From positions 88,577-152,576 of the forward strand of contig JAVWPP010000002.1 in NCBI GenBank assembly GCA_036635835.1: a DNA stretch of 64,000 nt, in the 5' to 3' direction. Under the pieces are notes generated by a model. The model did no database searches, was not told where the DNA came from, and saw nothing but the letters and a program-made list of their open reading frames with translations. Of this stretch, positions 55,029-64,000 are shown piece by piece. Within the stretch, counting starts at the first letter, position 1. Each line of letters opens with the position of its first letter. Made by a program: the position numbers and the translations under genes. The DNA comes from Clostridia bacterium. GTDB lineage: Bacteria > Bacillota > Clostridia > TANB77 > CAG-465.

Positions 55029-56744
55029 TTGAAAATTATATATATGAATGCGCTTAAAAGAAAATTAAAAATAAACGATGAATTGTTAGAAATTATATAT
55101 GAATTGTTAGAAAAACTAAGAATTTTCGGCTATGTTTCTAATTCTAAAGAAATGGATTTAGTAGATAAACTATATAAAAACATAGATAAAATAGTAATAG
55201 GAACAGATGCAAAAGAAGATCTTAAGTCTGGATATTATGATGCGCATAAAAAAGAATTATATTTAAGAGACATAACAGATAAAAATGCTGTATACCAAAG
55301 ACTTATTTATGCTATGACTACTAGAGAAATAGATAAAGATAAATATATGGTTGGCTTTAGTTATACCTCAGCTCAAAAAGGTAGTTTCAAATATAGATAC
55401 GAAGGATATGCTTTAAATAGAGCAGTTGTTGCAACGCTTTCTAATAAACTTTGTGAAAGTAAAAACGATGAAATGTCTTTAAAAGTAATGTATAAAACAT
55501 ATAAAACAAATTTTTTAGGTTACGATATAATTGCTGAAAGCGATAATTATTTTTTAGAATCTAATTTGTTAAACCAATTATGCTTTGCACTTAGCGAAGA
55601 TAAAAATAATATATATAAAATGCTTTTTGATAGAACTCCACTTATAAACATGGATAAGATGTTTAAACGTTCCGAGTTTGAGTCAAAAGAGTTTATATCT
55701 GTTTTAGATAGTTTAAGCAAAAAGTATTTTAATTACAATAAAATACTTTCATATGTTAATGAATTAAATTCAAACTTTAGTAAGCAGCAAAGATTAACTG
55801 GTAAAACAGATAAAGATAAAAAAGCATTAATAAAAGAAGAAAAAAGATTAAATAACTTAATAAAAGATACAATTACTAAGTATTCAGATGTTAAAGATGT
55901 AGATCAAGATTCAGTTAATTCAAATGAATTTTTGGAAAAATGTGAAACAGATATTGTAGATTATATAATAAAACTACAAAACATTTTAACAGATTATATA
56001 GCAGATGATACAGTGGACATAGAGCCATATGCATTTGCATCTAAACTTAAACAGTTTAATGATATTGTTATAGTTAAAAGCAATAAGATAAGCAATTTGT
56101 TGTTTGAAACAATAACAACAAAAATCCTGAAAAACCCTGAAATAACTTCAGTTAATTTAATAGAAAAAATTAAATATTCTTTAGTTAACGAACTAATGTC
56201 AACAGATAAATTCAAAGATGTGTATAACGATTTCTCATTTAAAAAAATATTAGATAAATCAGATGACAGCGCTGCATATATAATTGTTCAATCTAATGGG
56301 CATTTTGTTGAAACAGTTAAAGTTTCAGATTTACAAAAGTCAATGAGAACATTGCAAAACAATACAAGAGTTATTTTGACAGATAATTTCAAACATATTT
56401 TAAATAGCGATTACATGAATGAAAATTTAAGCAAAGTAGAGCGTGTTTACACTAAATTAAAAGAAAAATATTCATACTTTAATAAGCTAAAAATGGAGGA
56501 AGTTAATTTCTTTGAAGAAGATAATAAGATGTACTTATTAATGCAGTATAAAGGTGCTTTATACGTTTCTTTAGTAAAAGAAGACTTAGGCGTTACAGAC
56601 ATACAAATGGTTGACGTATCCGAAGAGTATTCAATATTCACACAAACAGTAGGCAAGAAAATTTCATTATTACCAGTACTGTATAAAGAAAAAGGTGGAA
56701 TATTCAGTTTATTTGCAAAGTTTAAAGCAGTATTTTCAAATTAG
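55029..56744 (+). CDS. Hypothetical protein (571 aa), no recognisable domain
   Basis: GAGGGA RBS 6 nt before TTG 55029 (alternative ATG at 55044). Flanked by terminators on both sides. Confidence 0.6.
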   Translation: MKIIYMNALKRKLKINDELLEIIYELLEKLRIFGYVSNSKEMDLVDKLYKNIDKIVIGTDAKEDLKSGYYDAHKKELYLRDITDKNAVYQRLIYAMTTREIDKDKYMVGFSYTSAQKGSFKYRYEGYALNRAVVATLSNKLCESKNDEMSLKVMYKTYKTNFLGYDIIAESDNYFLESNLLNQLCFALSEDKNNIYKMLFDRTPLINMDKMFKRSEFESKEFISVLDSLSKKYFNYNKILSYVNELNSNFSKQQRLTGKTDKDKKALIKEEKRLNNLIKDTITKYSDVKDVDQDSVNSNEFLEKCETDIVDYIIKLQNILTDYIADDTVDIEPYAFASKLKQFNDIVIVKSNKISNLLFETITTKILKNPEITSVNLIEKIKYSLVNELMSTDKFKDVYNDFSFKKILDKSDDSAAYIIVQSNGHFVETVKVSDLQKSMRTLQNNTRVILTDNFKHILNSDYMNENLSKVERVYTKLKEKYSYFNKLKMEEVNFFEEDNKMYLLMQYKGALYVSLVKEDLGVTDIQMVDVSEEYSIFTQTVGKKISLLPVLYKEKGGIFSLFAKFKAVFSN

Positions 56745-56752
56745 GCATAAAA

Positions 56753-56785
56753 AAAGTAGTAAGGTTAATATAATCTTACTACTTT
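56753..56785. terminator. Bidirectional terminator
   Basis: aaagtagtaag / cttactacttt 11-bp stem with an 11-nt loop. Confidence 0.65.
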
Positions 56786-56789
56786 AATT

Positions 56790-58160
56790 TTATTTATTAA
56801 GCTTATTTGCCCAGTTATCTTTATTAACTTGATGAGCTCTAGCTATTGCAAGAGACTTGTCTGAAACATCGTTTGTAACCGTTGAACCAGCTGCAACAAT
56901 TGCATTTTCACCAATTGTTATAGGCGAAATTAGATTACTATTGCAACCAATAAATGCATTATCCCTTATAACTGTCTTATGCTTATTTTCAAAAATATCA
57001 AAATTAACAGTTATAACGCCACATCCAAATTCTACATTGTTTCCAACACTGCTATCTCCAATATATAAATGATGAGCTGCTCTAGTATTCTTTCCAAGAT
57101 CTGAATTTTTCAGTTCAACAAAAGCTCCTATTTTAGAATTTGTATCTATAGTAACATTTGGTCTAATATTTGCAAATGGGCCTACTTTACAGTTATCTGC
57201 TATCTTACTGTTTAAAACTTTACTAGTTTCTACGCTTACATTGCTACCAATTACAGAATCTATAATTCTAGAATTTGGACCAATTACGCAGCCTGCGCCA
57301 ATTATTGTTTTTCCCTCTATAATTGTGCCTGGATATATGATTGTATCTTTTCCAATCTTAACGTCAAAGCCAATTGCTGTCGCTGCTGGGTGAATTATTG
57401 TAACACCGTTTTCCATATGTTTATTGCAAACTTTTTTTAGATATATTTCTGTTGTTTCTGCAAGTTGCAGCCTAGAATTTACGTTTACAGATTCTGTTGT
57501 ATCTCTTAAATTGAATACTCCTATGTTTTCTCCCATTGCTCTAATGTGCGATAGGACATCTGTTAAATAGTATTCTTTTTGAGCATTATTATTGTCTAAT
57601 TTCTTAAGAGCTTTTTTAAGTAAAGCGCCTTTAAAACAGTATACTCCTAAATTTCCTTCGCATATATTTAATTCTTCTGCTGTTGCATCTTTTTGTTCAA
57701 CTATCTTACTAAAAAGACCGTTTTCTTTTCTAATTATTCTTCCGTATCCTGTAGGATTGCTAAGTATAGCGGTTATAATGCAAGCTCCAAAATTGCCATC
57801 TGAGAAAAATTGAAACATTTCATTTATAGAATCGCTAGATATAAGGGGCATATCTCCGTTTATAACCAAAATATTATCTTCTGCCTCTATGGTATGTTCT
57901 GCGCAAATAACTGCATGGCCTGTTCCAAGCTGCTGCTCTTGTAGCGCGAATGTTATATTTTCTTTTTGTATACTTTCTTTAACTAACTCTGCTTTGTTGC
58001 CTACAACTACACAAATATCTTGTATGTTTGCGCCTCTGCATGCGTCTATAACGCAGTCAATTATAGTTTTGTCGAAAACCTTATGTAATACCTTAGGAAT
58101 GTCAGACTGCATTCTTTTGCCCATTCCGCCAGCTAGGATAATTGCTTTATATTTATTCAT
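56790..58160 (-). CDS. glmU: Bifunctional UDP-N-acetylglucosamine diphosphorylase / GlcN-1-P acetyltransferase
   Basis: AIILAGGMGKRM N-terminus and C-terminal hexapeptide (left-handed beta-helix) repeats. GAGGTGG RBS. Confidence 0.92.
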   Translation of the reverse strand: MNKYKAIILAGGMGKRMQSDIPKVLHKVFDKTIIDCVIDACRGANIQDICVVVGNKAELVKESIQKENITFALQEQQLGTGHAVICAEHTIEAEDNILVINGDMPLISSDSINEMFQFFSDGNFGACIITAILSNPTGYGRIIRKENGLFSKIVEQKDATAEELNICEGNLGVYCFKGALLKKALKKLDNNNAQKEYYLTDVLSHIRAMGENIGVFNLRDTTESVNVNSRLQLAETTEIYLKKVCNKHMENGVTIIHPAATAIGFDVKIGKDTIIYPGTIIEGKTIIGAGCVIGPNSRIIDSVIGSNVSVETSKVLNSKIADNCKVGPFANIRPNVTIDTNSKIGAFVELKNSDLGKNTRAAHHLYIGDSSVGNNVEFGCGVITVNFDIFENKHKTVIRDNAFIGCNSNLISPITIGENAIVAAGSTVTNDVSDKSLAIARAHQVNKDNWANKLNK

Positions 58161-58172
58161 ATTTACCACCTC

Positions 58173-58217
58173 ATAAAAATATCTAAGTTAATGCATTTAA
58201 ATGCGTAACTTAGATAT
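58173..58217 (-). terminator. Terminator of rmuC
   Basis: atatctaagtta ... taacttagatat 12-bp stem with an inner gcattt/aaatgc stem. T-run on the minus strand. Confidence 0.65.
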
Positions 58218-58232
58218 ATATTAGCATGAAAT

Positions 58233-59456
58233 TTATTCTTCGTCAAACGAATCTACTGTATTTTCTTCTGCATCTGCACTTTCTTGCAACATGTAAAAAG
58301 AAGATTCATCGTCTATAGGAAGCGTTTCAACGTTTTTAAGTTTTCTTTCAATGGTTCTTGTTTTTCTACTAGCAGATACCATAGTATTAGATATTTCAAC
58401 TAGTTTTTTATTTGTCTTATCTAGTAAATCTCCAAATTTACCAAACTCAGATTTAACATTACCAAGTAACTGCCAAACTTCACTAGATCTTTTTTCTATT
58501 GCAAGTGTTCTAAAGCCCATTTGTAGGCTGTTTAGAAGCGCTATAAAAGTAGTAGGACCAGTTATAGTTACTCTATACTTTTGCTGTAATAGCTCGCAAA
58601 GCTCAGTATTTCTAAGCACTTCGCAAAATAGGCTTTCGGTAGGTAGAAACATTATTCCAAAGTCTGTAGTGTAAGGTGGTTCAATATATTTATCATGAAT
58701 ATCTTGCGCGAATTTTTTTATTGAATCTCCTAAACTTTTTTGAGAAGCTTTGATTTTATCCGCATCTCCTAGCTCCTCTGCTTCTAATAATCTCTGGTAA
58801 TCTTCTACCGGAAATTTTGAATCTACAGGTAATAATATAAACTCACCATTTTCTTTACTAGGAATTTTTACCGCAAATTCAACAAAATCGTTAGAGTTTG
58901 GCTTAGTTTTAGCACTACAAATATATTGCTCAGGAGTTAAGAACTGCTCAAGTATGTTTCCAAGCTGAATCTCACCCCAGTAACCTCTAGATTTAACATT
59001 AGTGAAAACTTTCTTTAAATCTCCAACACCAACAGCAAGGGTTTGCATTTCACCTAGTCCTTTGTAAACAGATTCTAATCTTTCATTTACAAGTTTAAAA
59101 GACTCTCCAAGCCTTTGCTCTAGTGTGTTATGTAGCTTTTCATCTACAGTTTGACGCATTTTTTCTAACTTTTCTGAGTTATCTCTTTGTATACTAGAAA
59201 GCTTATCTTCTACAGCCTTACGTATATTTTCTAGCTTATTTTCATTTAAATTAGTAAGATCTACAATCTTACCTCCTAAAGTATTATTTAACTCTTCCCT
59301 TGTATTTCTAAATTTATTATCCATATCTTGCTTAAGCATAGAAAATTCATTAGATATATTCTTAGAATCTTTCTTACTTCTAGCAATTACAATAAGGGCA
59401 AGCAGCTGCAAAAAACAGATTCCGCTTAGTATATATATAATTATATTTAAATCCAT
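58233..59456 (-). CDS. rmuC: DNA recombination protein RmuC
   Basis: N-terminal TM helix, a long coiled coil, and a C-terminal domain (PVDSKFP...FLPTESLF) as I recall for the RmuC family. GGAGG RBS. Confidence 0.8.
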   Translation of the reverse strand: MDLNIIIYILSGICFLQLLALIVIARSKKDSKNISNEFSMLKQDMDNKFRNTREELNNTLGGKIVDLTNLNENKLENIRKAVEDKLSSIQRDNSEKLEKMRQTVDEKLHNTLEQRLGESFKLVNERLESVYKGLGEMQTLAVGVGDLKKVFTNVKSRGYWGEIQLGNILEQFLTPEQYICSAKTKPNSNDFVEFAVKIPSKENGEFILLPVDSKFPVEDYQRLLEAEELGDADKIKASQKSLGDSIKKFAQDIHDKYIEPPYTTDFGIMFLPTESLFCEVLRNTELCELLQQKYRVTITGPTTFIALLNSLQMGFRTLAIEKRSSEVWQLLGNVKSEFGKFGDLLDKTNKKLVEISNTMVSASRKTRTIERKLKNVETLPIDDESSFYMLQESADAEENTVDSFDEE

Positions 59457-59518
59457 AATATGTCCTCCTCTAGTTTCATATTATACATGAACCTATGTTT
59501 AAAAGCAAGTGAAATCAG

Positions 59519-59602
59519 AAAAAATATTGCAAAAAATATTGCAAAAAATATTATAAAAATTATTGAAAATAATATCTAAAAAATATCTAAAATAATAGCT
59601 AA
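59519..59602. repeat. Degenerate 12-nt A-tract tandem array (about 7 units)
   Basis: aaaaaatattgc x2, aaaaaatattat, aaaaattattga, aaataatatcta, aaaaatatctaa, aataatagctaa. Confidence 0.85.
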
Positions 59603-59738
59603 AAAAAATTAAAAAGCAAGTCTCTTTTACAAATAAAATGTAAAATTATAATAAAGGTATTGAATTATATTTGTTTATAATATAATATATAGATATATGA
59701 AATTAATTAAAATTAATTGAAAAAAACGGGGTATATTC

Positions 59739-62700
59739 ATGGAAAAACAAAAGATAAAAAATAGTTTTAAAATAATATGTATGTTGTTTGCTTTAGTAGC
59801 TTCATCTGCGCTATTTAGCACTGTAAATGCATACCAAATAAATATAAGAACTAAAAGATTACTAAGCGATGATCAGTTTATAAGATATAGAGTATATGGA
59901 TCTCCGCATCCAAATAAAATAAGTGCCGCTATACTTGGGGAAAACCACTCTCAGTACAACAGCTTAATTTCCGCATCTACTATTAGATATAACGGATTAA
60001 ATAACTGGGTAAACTTTACCGCAGCTAAGCAAGGCGCTCCAAAGACTAATTTGTACTATAATACAGACTCAGTAATATTCCATGCAGAGCCACTTTCAGT
60101 CTACCCATCAAGTCCTACTTCTGCAGATAGAGGTACATACTACTATTCCAAATACACAAGCAACTGGACAGAAAGTATAAATTCTTCTGTTAATGAGGCA
60201 ATGAATTTAGATACAGTAGCAGGTAGCTGTGCAAGGCCATATAAGAAGGGAAATGCAGATAGCATATACAAAGAAGCATATCCTTTATATAATGCAGGAA
60301 GTAAAAATGGATATATAAGACCATTTAGAGCAACTATACTTTGTGCAGGCTGTAATACAGGTTTACATAGCCTAGCAGGTCAAACAGGAAATCCAAATTA
60401 TGGGTCTCTAAGATCTGGGCATGTATCTGTAACAGATTATAAGATTTCTAAAACAGGTTATGACGATATATTAAGTAAATTTAGCAATAAAGCAATTAGA
60501 GAAGGTAATGAGTACTATATCTACATGTCAGATGTTAATTATACAATTGGCGGATATAGTGCATATCCAAACGATACAGTGTATGCAGCAAATAATATAG
60601 GAGACTTCTATAATCAAACTTATGCACCAAACGGAGCAAATCCAAGATGGGCAATAGACCAAAGAGGTGTGAACAATCAAGGAAATGCACAGCCACTTTC
60701 TTCTTTAATAAACGCTTACGATAATAAATTCTATTTCCCAGAACCACCTACTAAAGAAATGGTTATTAAATATTATGACGTTTCTGGTAGAGATGAAGCA
60801 AATAGAATGATTTTAGATAGAACAGTAACAAGTAAAGTAGTATTCAATAAGCAAGATAACAGTATGTTTAACCAAGGAGATATGAATAAAATGGCCTTAC
60901 CTGCTAAAACAGAAGTAAGAACTATTCCAGCAGACCAAACTGGTGCCTTTACAGTAGATTCTGGAGATTACGAATATGTTGGATATAATCAAAAGCTAGT
61001 AAATGAAGAAAACTATACAAACAAAAGAGATTTAACAGTAATAAACAAATCTAAAAACGTTGTTGGTTCAAAAGGAACATCTAAAATATATGTAGACGTA
61101 TTCTTAAATTCTAAAAAAAGAGTATATGTTAAACATATAAATACAACAGAATTTTATAATCCAAGCACATTAACTATGCAAGGCATAAATAGCAATCTAA
61201 TAAATGCATGTGCAAGAGTAAATAAAACACCTAAGCAGTCTATACTATACCAAAATGGAAATATAATTGGTAGTATTGTAGCAAACGCAACAGCCCCAAG
61301 CTACGATGAGTGCTATATCATAGATTGGAACAAAGAGCTAGAAGTTACAAATGCAAAAACAAATCAGCAGCAGTACATTGGATATAGATCAGTTGCTGCA
61401 AGTAAAAAACAGTTAGCAGAAAGATATTTCACAAATTTATATAACGGCGGTAAATTAACGTTTACACTTGCAGATAGAGATAAACGTGTATTTACAACGC
61501 AAGATAGTGTAAACACATTTGTAGATATGTATTATGTAGATGAAGAGCCAAATAAGCCTACAAATCCAGAAGATGCAAAGCCAGTTGAAATTAATCCAAA
61601 TGGACTACTATGTTTCCAGTCAGACGATGAGAAATTTAAAACTACTACTAAAAATGAATTTGCTCCTTCAAAAATAGAGGCAGACAAAATACCAAGTTCA
61701 GAAGATTTAAAATATGGAGTTTTAGACATTAAAGAATATATAATAACTAGAGCAGATGTTTCATCTCAAAATGATATTATTAGATACGATAACGGAAAAA
61801 ATCTAGTTAGAATACCTTATGAATTTTTCAATTCTAAGAATTTGCTTATGTTTACAATAGCAGATACTATGAAACTTCTAGATAAAGGAGAAAACATTGG
61901 CTCACTACTTTTTGCAAAAGACGCAGATAAAGTCTTAGACATACCACTTTCAGAAGAGTATAAGAAAAACATACGAGAAACTTCTCTTATTGACGGAAGT
62001 ATTAAAGTAGAAGAATCTTCAGATAATATACCATGCTCAAACAGCTGTAACGGTATATGTAAAAATCATTATATAACAGTTAAAATAACAAATATGAGCC
62101 TAATATATAAAGGACAAAATATAATTCCAAATTACGAGCAGTCAACAGGTAAAATATTAATTAGAAAAGAAAGATGTAAACTTGTAAACGGAGTAGCAGT
62201 TATAGACGATAGAAAAACAGAATACTTAACTCCAACAAATAAGAAATTAACATGCGATGGATATATTAATAAATTATCAGCAGCTGTAAAAACAGCTAAT
62301 GAAAAAGCTACAGTAAGAGATATGAATTATCTATATCAAAAGAATTCACAAACAATTTTAGCAGAAAAGTTCAATGGAATGAGAGTGCCACAAGCAACAT
62401 TTGGCTATAATATAAATAACGGCATTAAACATGCAGATGTTATAGATAAAGTAAATAACAAGACACTTAAAGAAAAAGACAAAGAAGTTGAACCAGTTAT
62501 TATACACACTCCAGTAATTGCAGAAGTTGTGCTACACAGTGATGGAAGTTTTGTAAATCATACTGGAAAACCAGTAGAAGCTAATAACGTAATTCAAAAG
62601 AACGTACCATTTAAAATTTATCCAAAAACAAGTGGAATATTACATACAACATATCCACTAGTAAAAGAATTCGATAAATATACAAAAGAGTACTATGTAA

Positions 62701-64000
62701 AATTTAATTTCGATATTCAGTATGTAGAGTATTATAAAGATGGTGCTACAAAACCATACACAAGAAATAATACAATGCAGCCTACTGGAACATGGATAAA
62801 GATACCTAAAGGAGAATATATATCTGCACAAGCTGTATACGATCCAAATCAGGTACAAAACAGCGTAGTAGATGCAATAGACAGTGAATATAGAATGAAA
62901 GTAGTTGCAAACAACGCCCCAGCAGAATCAACAGGGTACACAAAAGCAGCCCTTACATTAGATATTTGGGGAGATAGCAAAATGAACATTAACACAAGGC
63001 CACATAAAGAGTTCCATCCTCAGGTATTAGAGCAAGAAGCAAAATACATGGCATTTGTAAAAAATGATGCATCAATACTTGGAAGAATATATGACTTTAG
63101 AGTAACAGACGTAGTAGATATAGACTGGAAAAATGTATTTAGAAAAGACGATGCAATAAACCACACAGGTAGATTCTATTATTCTGGATTATTCAAATGG
63201 GATATGCTATCTAGCCAGTCAAATCAAATGGTTCCAAGGAAAGATAGTGAAGTTGGATCTTCACCAAAAAGAACTTTACCAGTAGGACCACTTAAACATA
63301 CAAACACAGGCTATCAAGCAGCTCCAAAACTTGGATACAGATTTGCTTTTGATGTTAAAACAACAGGAAGCATAGGAGATAATGTATCAAAAGAAGTAAA
63401 TATCAAACCTAGATTCTACTATATTTCAAAAGACGGTAAAGTATATAATGATAAAATTAATTTATATTATAAAAACTCTACTAATAAATATATAAAAATA
63501 GGATCAGCATCAGATAAATATAAAATTACTATGAGACCTGCAGATGGACTTAGACATTTAGCAGAATATGAAAAATCATATAATAAAACAAATTTATCTA
63601 CAAATATAATCTCTATAGGAAACATATCAGATATAAAACTTGCACAAAAAACAAATATGGCAACTAACGATAATGCCTTCTTACAAATTTGGTATGGAGA
63701 ATATAAGCTACCAAACTCAACAATAGCAGTAGATGCAAATCAGAACGATATAGGAAAACCATTAACAAACGGATACATAGGTATTATTTTCGATATTTCT
63801 TGTAAAGAAATGAAAAATGGTGCAGTTGTTAATGAAATATTATATGGTGCAAATGATTTAAATGCAGCAGGAGTAAACACTACTCAGTGGGATTATGAAG
63901 GGTACTTAGGAAGCACTGCAGGAAGCCAGTTTAATGGTAAATTACAACTTCCTTCAGGAAATCTAAACATAGATAATGCTCTTTATGAAAAAATTAGAGG
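59739..64000 (+). CDS. Very large secreted protein (more than 1420 aa; 3' end beyond the window), no recognised domain
   Basis: Absent from the ORF track because there is no stop codon in the window. I read the frame codon by codon from ATG 59739 to 63998 and found no stop. An in-frame TGA at 59718 closes it upstream. Signal peptide MEKQKIKNSFKIICMLFALVASSALFSTVNA. Confidence 0.8.
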   Translation, partial: MEKQKIKNSFKIICMLFALVASSALFSTVNAYQINIRTKRLLSDDQFIRYRVYGSPHPNKISAAILGENHSQYNSLISASTIRYNGLNNWVNFTAAKQGAPKTNLYYNTDSVIFHAEPLSVYPSSPTSADRGTYYYSKYTSNWTESINSSVNEAMNLDTVAGSCARPYKKGNADSIYKEAYPLYNAGSKNGYIRPFRATILCAGCNTGLHSLAGQTGNPNYGSLRSGHVSVTDYKISKTGYDDILSKFSNKAIREGNEYYIYMSDVNYTIGGYSAYPNDTVYAANNIGDFYNQTYAPNGANPRWAIDQRGVNNQGNAQPLSSLINAYDNKFYFPEPPTKEMVIKYYDVSGRDEANRMILDRTVTSKVVFNKQDNSMFNQGDMNKMALPAKTEVRTIPADQTGAFTVDSGDYEYVGYNQKLVNEENYTNKRDLTVINKSKNVVGSKGTSKIYVDVFLNSKKRVYVKHINTTEFYNPSTLTMQGINSNLINACARVNKTPKQSILYQNGNIIGSIVANATAPSYDECYIIDWNKELEVTNAKTNQQQYIGYRSVAASKKQLAERYFTNLYNGGKLTFTLADRDKRVFTTQDSVNTFVDMYYVDEEPNKPTNPEDAKPVEINPNGLLCFQSDDEKFKTTTKNEFAPSKIEADKIPSSEDLKYGVLDIKEYIITRADVSSQNDIIRYDNGKNLVRIPYEFFNSKNLLMFTIADTMKLLDKGENIGSLLFAKDADKVLDIPLSEEYKKNIRETSLIDGSIKVEESSDNIPCSNSCNGICKNHYITVKITNMSLIYKGQNIIPNYEQSTGKILIRKERCKLVNGVAVIDDRKTEYLTPTNKKLTCDGYINKLSAAVKTANEKATVRDMNYLYQKNSQTILAEKFNGMRVPQATFGYNINNGIKHADVIDKVNNKTLKEKDKEVEPVIIHTPVIAEVVLHSDGSFVNHTGKPVEANNVIQKNVPFKIYPKTSGILHTTYPLVKEFDKYTKEYYVKFNFDIQYVEYYKDGATKPYTRNNTMQPTGTWIKIPKGEYISAQAVYDPNQVQNSVVDAIDSEYRMKVVANNAPAESTGYTKAALTLDIWGDSKMNINTRPHKEFHPQVLEQEAKYMAFVKNDASILGRIYDFRVTDVVDIDWKNVFRKDDAINHTGRFYYSGLFKWDMLSSQSNQMVPRKDSEVGSSPKRTLPVGPLKHTNTGYQAAPKLGYRFAFDVKTTGSIGDNVSKEVNIKPRFYYISKDGKVYNDKINLYYKNSTNKYIKIGSASDKYKITMRPADGLRHLAEYEKSYNKTNLSTNIISIGNISDIKLAQKTNMATNDNAFLQIWYGEYKLPNSTIAVDANQNDIGKPLTNGYIGIIFDISCKEMKNGAVVNEILYGANDLNAAGVNTTQWDYEGYLGSTAGSQFNGKLQLPSGNLNIDNALYEKIR

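Overview
Low-GC, Firmicutes/Clostridia-like chromosomal segment, densely coding and mostly on the + strand. It reads as core genome. I saw no integrase, transposase, prophage gene, CRISPR array or rRNA. Recognisable content: many DNA repair, recombination and DNA-uptake genes (recN, recD2, comFC, recQ, comEC, dinB, dprA, ruvC, mfd, rmuC); a four-subunit 2-oxoacid:ferredoxin oxidoreductase operon; cell-envelope genes (class A PBP, murB, yvcK, glmU, phosphohexomutase, plsC); sporulation genes (spoIIR, a GerM-like gene); and three monocistronic tRNAs (fMet, Gly, Met). Items worth a second look: (1) a roughly 570-nt G+C-enriched, hairpin-rich, ORF-poor transcript with its own consensus promoter, directly upstream of a small multi-pass membrane protein (OLE/OapA-like arrangement), followed by about 0.8 kb with no ORFs; (2) a block of orphan genes next to tRNA-fMet, including three adjacent paralogues that share a roughly 65-aa helical module, one with a CECSNCCCCC cysteine run; (3) a KAP-type P-loop NTPase translationally abutted to recD2-comFC; (4) a secreted protein of more than 1420 aa that the ORF track misses because it runs off the right edge; (5) a Ski2-like helicase behind a perfect 22-bp palindrome, next to a sigma/anti-sigma pair; (6) a tRNA-Gly with C at T-loop position 55. 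All functional calls rest on motifs read by eye. No database search was possible.
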